Shown piece after piece: positions 23,901 through 37,653 of a stretch of DNA of 64,000 bases. The stretch is taken from the NCBI GenBank assembly GCA_003427395.1, contig BFEA01000025.1, positions 709,676 through 773,675 on the forward strand. Direction: 5' to 3'. How positions within the stretch are numbered: the first letter of the stretch is position 1; every line of letters starts with the position of its first letter. A model generated the notes under the pieces. The model did not search any database, was not told where the DNA came from, and worked only from the letters and a program-made list of their open reading frames with translations. The translations under genes were made by a program, and so were the position numbers. Source of the DNA: Chara braunii. Taxonomy: Eukaryota; Plantae; Charophyceae.

Positions 23901-25328
23901 GTTGGCTCGTGTGAGCCGCCTGTACGTCTGGCCGAAGCGCAAGGACTTTGTGAAGGACTACGTCGCAGAGTGTCCCACCTGTCAGGAGGTGAACAGTGCG
24001 AACCACCTACCTTATGGTTTGCTCCAGCCTCTTCCTATCCCGGAGGGTCGTTGGCAGTCCATCTCGATGGACTTTATCGGTTTGCTTCGACCTTCGACCC
24101 CCCGCGGTCATGATGCTATCCTGGTCATCAGCGACCGCTTCACGAAGCGTGCACGCTTTGTTCCATGCCGCTATGCCATCAGTGCACGTGAGGTCGCCGA
24201 CATCGTATTTGACCGAGTCGTGCGTGACCACGACTTACCTCTGACCATCATATCAGACCGTGACCCGCGCTTTACCAGCCGATTCTGGCGACGTCTCCAC
24301 GAGGTGTACGACACTCAGCACCGCTTCTTCTCGTCTTACCATCCTCAGACTGATGGTCAGACCGAGATCACGAACACGACTCTCGGGGATATTCTCCGAA
24401 AGATTGTTCGTGACGACCAGCAGTGGGATCTCCATCTTGCCCACGCGGAGATAGCCTACAACCACGCCGTCTCACCAGCCACGGGGATGTCGCCTTACTA
24501 TTGCGACCTCGGCTACCACCCTCGTGTTCCCGCGGACTTCCTCCGACCGTCACAGATGCACCCCGACACGAGTTGTCCCGCGCTAGATGATTGGGTTGCA
24601 CACATGACGTCGATCATTAAGACCGCACAAAGCACATAGCCGCTTCCCAGACTCGCATGGCAGTACGTGCGAACCGATCGAGGATGGACCATCCATTCAA
24701 AGTCGGTGATGACATGCCTATCGACGCCCGCCACTTACAGCTCGAAGCGGACACGCTTCGCAAGTTTCGGCGTCGCTTCTTTGGACCATGCCGCATCCTC
24801 CAGGCCGTCGGTTCTGATACGGCTTCTAGCCCGGTCAGCTTCCGTGTGAAGCTGCCCGACTACCTATGCCAGACTTGTGTGCACGATGTCTACCACGTCT
24901 CGTTACAGCGTCCTTACTGCAGACCGTCTGAGCGTTTTGCCGGACGACCATACGAGCGCCCTCCACCCATCATGGTGGACGGTCACGAGGAGTTCCTCGT
25001 TTCAGACATCATTGGTCACCGAGTCACCGACGACAACCCTCGCCACGTCGAGTATCTCGTATGTTGGAAGGGTTACCCTGATGAGGAGGCTATCTGGGAG
25101 CCCCTCGAGCACTTGCAGCACGCTCGCATGTTGGTGCGTGCTTATGACCGTGCTCGTCGTGCTGGGTTCACTGCTCCTCCTCAGCCCACTGACCCTCCTC
25201 CTTCTCCTCCGACTGAGGAGACCGCTGAAGTTGAGCCTGCTCCATCTAAGGCAGACCTTCAGCAGCACCCGGATGCTTCTGAGCGTCCACAACGCACTGG
25301 TCGTCGTCCTGCTCGATACGACGATTGA
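20975..25328 (+). pseudogene. pol: Gypsy-1 pol: protease, RT, RNase H, integrase, chromodomain (frameshifts and stops)
   Basis: ALWDSGS protease; LRLCIDYRGLN, MPFGLTNAPATFQ and YLHD (mutated YLDD) in RT; RNase H NWVADALSR; HHCC plus SMDF/SDRD/DGQTE integrase; FFGPC motif; EYLVCWKGYPDEEAIWEP chromodomain. Confidence 0.93.
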
Positions 25329-26477
25329 CTCTGACTTACCTTCCCACGTCTCTGACTTCTCAGTACTCCATCCACATCAGTTTCGCTACTTCAGCTCGTC
25401 GACGTTGCGACTCTTCCTCGACGGCATTCCGGACTTCTCATCGTGGATGTCATCGGCAGCTTCATGGACTTCATCACGATCAGCTCTGCCTACTTCAGAC
25501 GTCACCACTGTCTTACCACTCTACCCTGTACAGTACCCTGCTTGTGTCGCATGATGGTCTCCCTTTAGCCGGGTTCCTCTGAGTTGGGCTCTCCCTTGGT
25601 ATACGCATAGGCATCGGGACCGTAGCGTTGCCGTGGCTTCCCATCTTACGGATCTAGCTCCGACTTCCCTCCCTTTAGGAGTCATTTGCATAATTCCCTT
25701 ACCCATCATCTTTCTACCCTTCGCCGACCCTCACGCCCTAGTTGGGCAGCCCCGCATGCTTCATCTAGGTGCGCCCAGTATACCAGGCTCCCTTGTTCCC
25801 TTGCTTGGTCGACCCTTCATAGCGGTCACCCCTTAGTCGAGCATTACCCGCCCTGATGGTCTATCTGTTAGGGTCATTGGTTCTGTTCGCTCCCAGTTCC
25901 CTACCCTCATTGAGCCTGATGACATGTGTTTTCCCCTGTCACTATGTGTGGATGCCCTTAGGAGTTTTCGACCCCTAGGCTGCATTCGCCACCCTCAGAG
26001 ACCATCCCACCCTTTGGTTTGCGACACACTTCTCATGTGACATATGGTTGTCTTGTTGATTGCTTTGTTGCTCTCAGACTGAGGCTACTGCCTCCGACAT
26101 TTCTAGGATTTAGTTGATCTGCTTTTGTTGTTCTTAGGACTTATACACTAGTCTGTTGTTACCAGACTGAGGCTGGTGCCTCCAACATTCTAGGATCTAG
26201 TTGTCACTACTTTCTGCTTTCCTAGGACATGTACGCTAGTTAGTTGCTTTTGCTTTCCTAGGACATGTATGTTAGTTAGTTGCTTCTACTTTGACTTAGG
26301 CTGTTAGTTGTGACATTGCTGTTTTGTGATATTTTATATCCTAGGTTGCATCGCATGGACTCAGCATAGAGCTTGCTCCGCATCCTAGACTACTCAGGTT
26401 TTCTTTTCTTTGGTAGAGTTCCGCTTCTTGGCGGAAGCATGTTTGTATCCAGGCGATCCTTCACAGACCGAGGATCG

Positions 26478-26898
26478 TATAGCAGACCTCGGGTTGGCCT
26501 GTGAGACCAGCCCCTTGGCCTGTTCTCACAGGCCTGTGTTGTATTCGGGGTAGGCCAGTCCAGGCCGGTACCTCTGTCGGTACCAGCCNNNNNNNNNNNN
26601 NNNNNNNNNNNNNNNNNNNNNNNNNNNNNNNNNNNNNNNNNNNNNNNNNNNNNNNNNNNNNNNNNNNNNNNNNNNNNNNNNNNNNNNNNNNNNNNNNNNN
26701 NNNNNNNNNNNNNNNNNNNNNNNNNNNNNNNNNNNNNNNNNNNNNNNNNNNNNNNNNNNNNNNNNNNNNNNNNNNNNNNNNNNNNNNNNNNNNNNNNNNN
26801 NNNCGTGGGGAGCTGCGTTGTGCCATCTCGCTCCCCCCTTCTTCCTCCATCTCCATCTCTGTCACTAGCGGAGCACCACACCTGGTGGGTCCGCTACA
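26478..26898 (+). repeat. 3' LTR of Gypsy-1 (contains N gap; starts TA rather than TG)
   Basis: TATAGCAGACCTCGGGTTGGCC...GGTCCGCTACA matches the 5' LTR on both sides of the gap. Confidence 0.9.
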
Positions 26899-26927
26899 GC
26901 AAAGGTAGGGACAAAAATTCGTTTACG

Positions 26928-28603
26928 ATGTCAGGAGCCGACAGGGCATCGTCCTCCGCAGCCCAGCCCCACTCCCCTCCTCTTCAGATTGAGCAACCCC
27001 CCTCTCAACCCCCTGTGCAATCGACGACAATATCTGACGCAGAGAAACAGAGGATAAGGGGTATCCTCAGTGCTTGCTACTTGGATGGGATACTTCCTCG
27101 AAGATTGGCCCGGAATGGTCCTCCCAACACGGTGGAAGTGGGGGAGGACTATGTAAGGGTGACGATCAATCCGGAAGTACTCCGAATCCAAGTAGGCTGG
27201 CTCAAACAACACGCAGTAACCATCCTGTATGGAAATGAAATGACGTCACTCCCGGTGGAAGTTAAAAAACGACTAGTAAGGATTTACGAAGACGGCTGGG
27301 CATCCAACTCGGTAATTAACGATCCACCAAAGAGAGGTTTGTTTCACAATGAGTATAAAAACTTAGTGACGTATGTTTCAGCACATGCACAAGTTGCAAC
27401 ATACATGCTGCGTAAAGGGTGTGATGATGTAACTTTAGGTGGGAAAACGTACACGCTTACCTTCCAACCTTGGATGAATGATTTTCAATTGCATGAGTGG
27501 AGGGAGGCGATGCGTTTCAATTATTTTTGGATCAAGTGTTTAAACTTCGCAGGCCCCGATTTCTGCGATGCCGCAAATAGAAAGCGCGGTGGAAGATGCT
27601 TTTGGACAAATCCTAAAATCCTACCCGGCTTTCAATGATCCCAACTCCCCGGAATTGTTGAATATTAGATTTGACCTGGTGTCCTCGGCAAGACTGCGCT
27701 TCAAACCTTGGCTATGCGTGGACCTGGCCGAGCACGGGTATTTGGAATTGGAGGTCATTGGGGCGGACACACCATGGTGTTCCGCCTGTAGACAGTTCTA
27801 CCGTTTTGCAGGGGACCCGACATGCCCAAAAAACAAAAATCAAAATTTTAAGGGGCAGGAAGGGCAAAATGGAGCTCGTAAAGGACCGGGAGGGGGAGGG
27901 AAGAAGGAAAAAGGGAAAAGCAGGCAGGAAGAGGGTTCTGGTGATGGAGGAAGTTTGAAAAAAGAGGTAGATAAGGAGAAGGAGCCAGGGAAGGAGACAA
28001 AAAAAGGAAAATCACCAGAAAGGGAAGACGGAAAAGGGGGAGGAGATCAGGGAGGAAAGAAAACCCGGTCAGAAGAATGGAAACGGCCGGGGACAAGGAG
28101 AAAAGTCAAACTAGCAGGAAAGAGAAAGGCAATCTTGGGAAGAAGCGAAGAGTGGTAGGGAGGAAGCAGTTGAAGAAGGTATACCGACTAGTGCAAAGAG
28201 ATGTGGTTAAAGGAAAGGAGGATACCCTGAAGGACACAGAGATGGAAGTGGCCACATGGGAAGTGGAAGGAGTAGAAAAGGAGAAAGAACGGTTGGTGGA
28301 AGTCAGCAGGCAGGGAGGTGGCAAAGACACAATACCAGGGTTTGTTGAAGAAGAAGGAATGATCGTTCCCTCAGATGCATAGGGGAAAGAAAAAGAAACC
28401 GTCCCCCCCCCCCCTCCCCCACACCCCGCTGTGCCAACCGGAATGGGAGAGGGAGACGGAGGGCTATTAGGGGAAAGGGAAACAAATAAGGAAAGAACTC
28501 CGACTTCCCTCCTAATTCAGGAGACTCAAACGGAGGGGGAAAAACGGGGGCGGGATGAAGGGGAGGCACAAAGAATGAAAGAAGGGGCAGAAGAGCAATC
28601 CCC

Positions 28604-28646
<43 letters not shown>

Positions 28647-30001
28647 TGTGGGAGATAACAGCGAGAATTCAACGAGGAAAGGGGAGGTAAGGGAGCACGA
28701 TCAGAATCAGAATCAGAATCAGAAAGAAGTTTCAGAATCTTCGGACGAGGATATATCGGACGAGGATACTTCGGATTCCTCCGAAGAAGATTGGAAAAGC
28801 CCCAAAGTAGGATGGGATGAAGATGATGAGGACGATGAAGGAGAGGGAGGAAAAGGGGAGGAAGATGATTAGGGCGCGAACGATGAAGTCAAAGGTTGGG
28901 GAATCGTTTCAGACGAGGAAGAAGAGGAAGAACAGGCGGAAGAGGAATTCCTGGGGTTGGTGGGAAAGGCGTTGTCAGGCGAAGAAAGAGTGGAGGACAA
29001 GGGCAGTGAGGGAAAGGGAATCGGAGATATAGAAAATTCTACAAGCTTGATGACACCAGAACCCCCGGAAAAACCGGTACTTAGAAATTTTAAAGTTTAC
29101 ACTAATAATTCCTTTGTGCTCACTGCAGAGAAGCCCAGTCCTGAGTCAAGTACTCAGCGACAAACACAAGCCGAAGCAAAAGGGACTGACCAAAGTCATG
29201 GGAAAGAGTTGGGTGTGGTCTCGTACTTGGGAGACGGTGGAGATAAAGGGAAAGTTTTTCTACATACGGATATATTCTCCCAAGCAGATGAAAGGGGTGG
29301 ACTAGCGTCTCCCTCTAAAAGGAACAAAAGGAACGACACCTCTGGGTGGGTACAACGATGAATCCAACCTAGGGCCCCCAAAACAAGGGAAACCCAGACG
29401 AGGAATTGAAGGGCCGAAAACGGACACTGCTGTACAGAACCCTGAGAAGGGAGTTGTCGGTGGCAGGACCAATGAGAACTATCACAAGAGCAATAAAGGA
29501 TAGTGGTCCCGCCAAGAGGAGGCAAATGACCTTACAAAAAGGCATGTATTTAGTCACATGGGAATAGTGACCCGCATTCCAGCGATTAAAATGAATAGAC
29601 ACCTGTCCACAGCGAGTGAGAAACCAACTGTGATTTTTCACTTTGCTGTGTTGGGATTGAAATCAATAAATGACTCGTTCGAGAAATGGTGTGAATTGCG
29701 GGTCCACTGGATTCCACTATTGGACTTGATGGGCAATAATGAAAATATCGTGACAACCTTGCACTTACCGGATGGGAGGTTGGGCTTGAAATTCATGGAT
29801 TGGATAAAACACCAGAATGTTCAGGAACTATTAAAAGAAGAATTACTGACAAAATGGTTGCAGACAATAAAAGCAGGTGGTGGTGGTAATAGGAAGGATC
29901 AGGGCAAGGGTAAAACAGGATCCCTGCCCCCAAACCCCCCTATTGCGAGTAGCCGTATCCAACAAGACGGCGGGATGAGACCTGATGGTCCAACCGCCTA
30001 A
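26928..30001 (+). pseudogene. LINE-A ORF1 (plant-L1-like N-terminal domain, Cys motif, long charged low-complexity linker, C-terminal globular domain); frameshifted
   Basis: Collinear ORF pieces. The N-terminus aligns by eye with LINE-B ORF1 (CYLDG/CYDDG, WLKQHAVTI/WLKERTVII, RIYEDGW/RIFEDAW, TFQPWM/TFHPWM). Confidence 0.75.
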
Positions 30002-31539
30002 ACTACAGATAGCAACCTGGAACATAAGAGGATTAGGAGATATGAACAAAAAGTACAAACGTGCCAGATTAAGAAAATTGATGCATTCGGCAAAAGTACA
30101 AATACTGGGCTTGCAGGAGACAAAGCTCAACAGTAGGAAAATAAGGAAAATAGAATCCCGATGGGAAGGCCCACAAGTATGGGCCCCCGCTGATGGATCT
30201 TGCGGGGGAGTGACTATTCTTATAGACAAGAATCTGGAAGTGTACCCCCTGGATTCATATGCGGACCCAAGTGGCCGAATCGCTTGGATTCAATTTCTGT
30301 ATCAGAGTGAAGAATGGGCAGTGATGACGATCTATGCCCCAGTGGAACTACACCTACGGGTGGATTTCTTAGCAGATCTGCCAAGATACATACCGGATAC
30401 CGAGAACCAAATAATTTTGGGGGATTGGAACACGATCCTAATCCCAGGACTGGATTCACTGTCTAGATACCCAACCAGAGCGGAAGGAGAGATGCTAAAT
30501 GAACTAATTGACAGTCAAGCTCTGGTGGACGTATATAGAACGCTTAACCAGACTCAAGTGGTTACTCTTGGTATGGGCCCAAACCACCGAAACATATAAT
30601 GGGACCCAGAAGTCGGTTAGATCTCATTTTAGCAAGAGGGGCCCCGTGGGACAGATGCTGCTGGGCAGATGTCCAAGAAAGCTCCTCTCTGTCACATCAC
30701 TGCCCGGTTTTGATGGACGTGGTAGCCAGGGATATAATAGAGAAAGCCAGACCTCCTTTTCGGTTGAATGTGAATTTGTTGAAAGATGAGGGGATCAAAA
30801 CGTGGGTAATATACCAAATGACTAAATAGAATCAAGCAAAATATCTGTTCGAGAATGATGCAGAATGGGCAGAGGGAGGTATCCAAATAGTGCGTGCGGC
30901 CCTAATGAACTTTTCACGTATGAAAGCGGCTAATAAATCCTGGAAGGAAAAACAACTTAAACAAATGATAGCCAAAGCAGAGGAAAATATGGGGAAACAT
31001 CCCTTCTCTGACTACTATTGGTCAGAAAAGAGAAGTGCTGCACTACTGGAGATAGAAGCCCTGGAGATACAGGCCCAAGCAGACTGGCTGGAATGGTTGA
31101 ATATTCAGGGAATCGTAGGATGTGATAGAATGACAAAAATATCATTTAGAACATTGTTGCTAAGACAATCTAGAGGCTTGATTAGAGAACTAGCCCACCC
31201 ATTCTCAATCGAAGAAGTGACAGCGTCGGATACGGAACAATGTGCGTACATGCGTTTGAGTATTTTGGCGACATTGTATCCACAAGAAGGCCTTTTGACA
31301 CCACTGAGACGGATCTCTCAGAAGGGAACCCCTTTTACGATTTGTCTAGAGTACAACTCCCACCTGGGGCCGCACAGATGTTGGATAATCCTTTTTCTAT
31401 GGCGGAACTGCAAACAGCAGCCAAAAGAATGGCAAAAGGGAAAAGCCCAGGGACAGATGGACTCCCGGTGGAATTATTTACAGAATGCTGGAAGGGTTTT
31501 GGCCCATTCCTGTGTGAGGTGTATAATAACATAAGAAAC

Positions 31540-34500
31540 ACAGAGCACGACGCTGACGAGAAAGGTCTGCGTAGTGGCGGTCGAGGGCGGTAGTGTAAGG
31601 GCACCGCGAGGAGGTATGACCGTCCACGCGGCAACACAAACACCCACGCCGGCCCGGAATAGCCGCGCGCTCCTCAGNGGAAAGGACACCACGAGGAGGG
31701 ACGAAGCCCTGAGGGAGGTCCTCCTGAGGGACCTCGGGGGGCGACACGCCAGCGTGACCGGGGCGGCTGCGTGCCCGAGAGAGGGTGAAGAGCGCGAGCT
31801 GAATGCGCTCAGCTACAGGGAGGGTAGAGTCCTCCAAGTGATACAGGACGACCTCGCAGAGATCGAGGTCGTCGCTGTGGTCGCCCTCAGGTGACAGTGG
31901 GGCAACAACGTCCTGCTCACCATACTCCAGCGCACTGAAGCGGCACGAGAAGTGGCGGCCCTGTTGCGTGGAACGGCGGGGGCGACCGTGGAAAGGGGAA
32001 CGGCGCTGGGAAGTGCCGTGAGAGGAGGAGGAGGCGTAGCTCGTGCGCTGGGGCTGGGAGGAGGAGGCGGGGTGAAGCCGGGCTCGCATACGCTGGTGGT
32101 TCCTAGCGACCTCGTAAGCCTGTGGGGCCGATGTGAACTCGTACCGCCATAGCTCGGAGCGGTACTCGAGCGGAAGGCTGGCCAAAAAACGATCGATAAG
32201 GGCAACCTCAGGGAGGAACGCCACGTCGCAAAGAAGGCGGGCGTCCTGAAAGACCTGGATGTGGCGATCCAGGCCGGCAACGCCACCAGAGCCGGACCAG
32301 CGTGTAGTGCCGACATGCTCGAAGGCGTCAGTCATGTCGTATCGGGCTCCGAAGCGATCCTCGAGGAATGCCTGGAAATCCACGAAGGTCGGAGTCCGAC
32401 CCTCACGAAGGGAGTAGGCATAGAAATTCTCCCAGGCCTCGAAAGAACCGCCATGCAGGCGTGTGGAGAGGTGACCCACCCACGTCTCGGGTGTAGCGCC
32501 CACGAGCTGGAGTGTGCGGGTGGCAGACTGCAGCCACCGAGACACACGTATGCTTGTACCGTCATACAAGGCAATGTCTGACAAGCGGATGAGTGGGGCG
32601 CCACCGTTTTGGCGGCGAGGGGATCGAGGGGCGGAGGCCTGTGCCTCGGTTGAGTAAGTCGGCGCAGGTCCTGGAGAAAGGGGCGCAGCTGACTGTGCGC
32701 CCGGGCCGCATGGGGGACCGGCGGTGGCAACAGTGGCAGGCTGCGAGGGTGCTGCGGTAGAAGAGGTCGCAGCAACCGCGGGAGTAGGAAGAAGGTAGGA
32801 AGGAGTTGTATAGGGTGCAGGGCGCGGAAAGCGAGCCTGCATGGGAGGAAGGGTAGAGGAGGTAGGGGGTGCGCCCGACGGCGCGGCCACCTGTGAGGGT
32901 GGGGGTGGCTGAAGGCGTAAGAGGGCGAGGTCGGCCCGGAGCTGGGCAATCTCGTCCATGAGACCTCGAACGTAGGTCGATCGAGGGGTGGCAGGAGGAA
33001 GAGTGGAGGGGGTGGACGCACAAGCGGCGCGGGGCATCCCAGAGGGGGGAGAGCCAGGTGGCGCTGCGGTCGTGCGAAGGGGAGGGAGAAGTGGGGCACC
33101 CGGAAAAGCTGAGACCATGGTAGTGGGTTGTTGTACCGTGGCCGTCGTGACCGGGATCTGGGCCGATGCGCCCGTAGACTGAGGGGGGGCCTGGCTCGTG
33201 GCGGCCGTCGTGCTAGGGGCGTGGACAGTCACCAAGATGGCCGGGTCAGGGGCAACGGAGGAAGAAGTTCCACCGTGGCCCCCCTGTCGGGGCCTGTCGG
33301 GGGACGGGGGTCCCAGACTGGGAGCCAGGAGATGACGGACACGCAACGTCTTGGAGTTGCTGCATGCTGGCGGCAAGGGTCGCCACCTGCGCCTGTAAGG
33401 GCGCGAGGGTCACGAGTTGCGCCTGGATGGGCGCAAGGGTCGCGAGTTGCGCCTAGATGGGCGCAAGGAGGGAGGTGAGGAGGGTGTGTAGATCCCCTTG
33501 GGGCTGATGGCCCTGGTCCACCGGCACGGGTGTGGAGCCCGATGCCGTGGTCATCCCCGTGTCGGCGGCGTGTGACGCACCGTCGGCCATGGGTAGATGA
33601 CGGACCGGACTGGAGGGGGCCATAAGAGGTCCGCGTGAGTGGAGGGCGTAGGGGGAAGTCCGCGGTAGAAAGCGGCGAACGGCGCTAGCAAGGCTAGCAC
33701 GGGCGCCGTCAAAGGGGGAGGGGTGGTTCGGGTCCAGGGTGCCCGAAGAGGACGGGGAAGTTTGGGAGCTTGAGGAACCCTAAACCCTATTAAAACCCTA
33801 AGAAAACCCTAACCGAGGTTTAAGTGGTTAGGGTAGGGTACCGGTGACCTAATCAAGAAAGTAAAATAGCAAGCATAGGGGGCGGGACGGGAGAAAAATA
33901 AATAAACAGCGAGATTTTGAGAGAAAATAAAAATAAATAAAAAAATAAATAAATAATAAAAATAATTAAAGAAATAAGTAAAGAGATGTGAAGGAAAACA
34001 ATATTTATTTTTTTGAAAATTTCGGCAGCATTTCCCTACCCCCCACGGGGTCAAGAATATGCCAAGGGAAAAGGAGAGACCAAGGTGAGCACACTAGGGA
34101 TGCCGCAAATAATATTAAAAAAAAAAAATTCAAAAAATAAATAAAGAAATAATGAACAAATAAATAAGTAAATGAGTGTGTGAGGAGGTGGGGAGAAATG
34201 GGTTATCTGATTTTTCAAAAATTTTGGCAGCATTTCGTTACCCCCATGGGGTCGAAGTGTGTCGAAAAGACTAAGTAAGAGAAAATCAGAAAATTTCGGC
34301 AGCACTTCGTTACCCCCACGGGGTCAAAACGTGTGCCGAGAGCAAGAAAGGCTAACAACTAATCAGATTTAGGATTGCCGCCAAGAAATTCGAATTTTCA
34401 GAATAAATAAAACTAAATAAAATAAATTAGAAAATAAGAAAAGAGGGTGGGGAAGAAGATGAGAAAACTAACAACTAATCAGATTTAGGGTTGCCGTAGA

Positions 34501-36049
34501 GAAAATCGAATTTTCAGAATAAATAGAAAAATAAATGAAATGAATCAGAAAATCAGAAAAGAGGGTGGGAAAGAAGAGATTTCAAATTTTTGGAAAAGAG
34601 AAAAAATAAATCAAGAGAGAGGTGGAAAAAAGAAAAACAGAAAAATTTTCGAAGTAGGGGGGAAGGGGAATGAAAAGTAAGGGAGAAAAGAAAGAAATAG
34701 GTGGGGGGAGAGAAAAAGATGAAGTGGGAAGTAGGGGCGGATGGTGTGGTGGTAGTTGGGGGAGAGGAGGGATGGGGAAAGGTGGACAGGGATCAAGAGG
34801 CAAAGAGAAAAGAAGGAGGAAGAAAAGAAAAAAAATAAAGAAAGGAGAGTAAAAGACTGGGTGTTGGGAGAAAGGTGGGATGGGGAAAATAAAAGGAGGA
34901 GAGAAAAAATGCAGTAGAAGGTGGGGGAAAGAGAAGGGGTGAATAAGAGGAGAGAGGAGAGGTAGGGAGAGTGGGTTAGTAGAGGGAGAGGGGAGAAGGG
35001 AGTGATACCTGGCCTTTGGTGTCTCCAAGGGCAAAAGGTACACCAAGACCGGGAGGGTCTTGGCCTTCACTGCAGCAAGCCAGCTGCAGGGGAAAGGGGG
35101 CTGAGATCTTCATCAGCCCCTAGCAGCAACTGTTCTGCAGATGTGCAGATCTAGGGTCTGCTGTGTGAGCAGACCCTCACAACTGTAGAGCATCCCCCTA
35201 AGCAGGGGGGTCTTCCGTTCCAGCACCAGCTGCCACGTGGCAGGGCAGATGGCCACGTACCCAGCCAACAGCAGCCAACGGCGGGGGGGGGGGGGGGGTA
35301 AATAGCCAGCACGACACCTCTTTAACACGAGCGTGCCGTGTTACAACACCATGTACACTCTATGGCGAGTGTGTTAGCGGGGTGCTTACGCACACGCATG
35401 GCACAGCAGCCACCTGGGTTCAAACCCCAACAGCAGCAGTTGCATCTCGAATTTTGATAATATAAATTCGGGAGCGGGGCGGGCCAGGGCAGCGGGGCCG
35501 CATGCGGCGGCCTTGGCCTTGGCGATTGCGCGCACGCGCTCGTGGTGGCACCTCCCTTTTTTGCCACGTGTCACCTGCAGCATGCGCCACTTTTCTCCCT
35601 CGTTTTCGCTGCGAAATACCCGAAAAACACCGAAAAAACCCGTTGTCGGGTTTTGCTGCTTTTCTGCCTGTGCGGGCTGTTGCCCAGCTGTACGGGGTGG
35701 TGGGAGGGAGCGGGGATCGTTCCCGCTCCGATACCAATGTAGCGGACCCACCAGGTATGGTGCTCTGCTAGTGGTAGAAATGGAGACGGAGGAAGAAGGG
35801 GGAGCAAGATGACGCACATCTCAGCTCCCACGCAGGACTCCAACGCACGTACTCCAGAAATGTGCAAGTGAAGAATGAGCCTGAAAACAGACAATGGTTG
35901 GGGTATACCCCAGCGGATTGAAGAGACTGGACTGGACTGGCTGGTACCGACAGAGGTACCGGCCTGGACTGGCCTACCCCGAATACAACACAGGCCTGTG
36001 AGAACAGGCCAAGGGGTTGGTCTCATAGGCCAACCCGAGGTCCGTTACA
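31540..36049 (-). mobile_element. Gypsy-2: 3'-truncated copy of the Gypsy-1 family (5' LTR, PBS, leader and gag only)
   Basis: LTR 35738-36049; PBS TGGTATCGGAGC directly inside it; gag ~33590-31540 is highly similar to Gypsy-1 gag; pol and 3' LTR are absent. Confidence 0.9.
35738..36049 (-). repeat. 5' LTR of Gypsy-2 (312 bp)
   Basis: TGTAACGGACC...GGTCCGCTACA on the minus strand; carries ~43 bp absent from the Gypsy-1 5' LTR. Confidence 0.9.
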
Positions 36050-37127
36050 CAATATCTGTTCTTAACGTGGTGTATAAGATATTGGCAAAGGCTCAGGCCA
36101 TAAGGCTTGCTGAATTTCTTCCTAATTTAATTGGCCCAGATCAGGGGGCTTTCGTAAAAGGCCGGACTATCTTTGATAATATAATGACCACCCTACAGAC
36201 TTTGGAGGTAATTGCCTCTGAGACGCGGGATATCGCAGTCCTTCTCGTAGACATGGAGAAGGCATATGACAAAGTAGGATGGTCATTTGTACTAACGACA
36301 CTCAAGAGAATGGGTTTTGGACCACAGTTCATTACGTGTGTTAAAGCAATGTATGTAGAGGCCTCATCAGCGATACTAGTGAATGGGAGACTGTCTAAGG
36401 AATTCAAACTAACAGGCTCCCTAAGACAAGGGTGCCCTCTCGCTCCGTTACTGTTCGTGATCCAGTTGGAGGTATTGTTGGATAATATAAGATTTAACCC
36501 AAGGATTAGAGGACTTGACCTCCCCCCAACAATTCATTGGAAGGGGGGGGCAATAGCGGACGATTTGACAATAGCATGCGAAAATGATCAGTCGTCCTTA
36601 CAGGAATTAAGACGGATACTAGATGAGTACTGTTTACTATCGGAGACCACGATAAACTGGAATAAATCAGTATTCCTTCTCCCCCCCTCATATACTCTAC
36701 AGGTAAATTGGGGTCTCAGACAAGTACCTGCAGAAAGCTCAGAAAGACTGTTGGGAGTGCAAGTTTCTATTTCAAATTGTGCAGCAACGCAGGACAAGAT
36801 CCTACTGGACAAGGTTAGTGCAAGAGTACACGGTTGGGTAAGAAACCACAAGCTGTCCTTGTTTGGCCGAACCCTGGTACTTACGGCATCGGCCTTCTCG
36901 ATCCTATGGTTCCCGCTCAGGGTACACTAGCTGGGAGACAAGACCTACTCCAGCATCAAGAGGATTGCGGCTCGATACCTGTGGAAACCCTCGGCGGAAC
37001 AGGAAGATGGATTCATTATTAAAATTGTCTGGGATACGATTTGCTTGCCACGATCTAAGGGTGGTTTAAGCCTGCTTGACCCAAGGGACCAAAATATTGC
37101 CTTACTGACGAAATGGGTGATTCAAGC

Positions 37128-37653
37128 AACAATAGAAAATTTTTCCAGAATTAAATATTCATTCTATAGTAAAATTACATTCCAAAATTTTAAATTTTTA
37201 TTCCATCTTAAAAAATAACATTCAAATTTTAAAACTTTTTATCTTACTTGAGAACTTTCCTTCCAAGAATGGGGTATCCCTTCTTATTTGAACTGCATGC
37301 TAGAGATGGAATGAAAGTCTGGATGAGTTCATGAAATATTTTAATTGGACTGCCATTCTAAGCAAGGATTTCCAGTCATAAATATGTTAATCCAATTTAA
37401 CTCAGAAGATATTTTTTGTAGGGGAATGAAAGTTTAATTAAAACATTTCATAAACTCGTCCAGACTTTTATTCCATCTTGAACAAATAGATGTAGTTGGA
37501 AGGGAAAACTCATATTTAGACGGAAACTTATCAAATAAAACTGGAAATTTTAGAATTTGACAAACATTGGAATGGTAATTAATAAATATGAAGGATTTTT
37601 TTTTTATGGAATATTTTTTCAACTTTCATATCTCGTGGGAATTTTTCTGTTGG
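37128..37653. mobile_element. AT-rich non-coding insert (MITE/foldback-like) in LINE-A ORF2
   Basis: Breaks ORF2 between LLTKWVIQA and SDHKQ*IILAEY; internal 43-bp inverted repeat 37304-37346/37436-37478; termini only weakly inverted. Confidence 0.6.

Larger units (their letters stand above)
17094..26898 (+). mobile_element. Gypsy-1: full-length but degenerate chromodomain Ty3/Gypsy LTR retrotransposon in the LINE-A 5' UTR
   Basis: 5-bp TSD GCAAA (17089-17093, 26899-26903); paired LTRs; primer-binding site; gag-PR-RT-RH-IN-chromodomain order. Confidence 0.93.

Noticed and set aside
35875-36049. N-terminal extension of the 351-aa RT ORF
   Set aside because: Chance read-through from the Gypsy-2 LTR into LINE-A ORF2; ORF 26805 similarly starts in the Gypsy-1 LTR.
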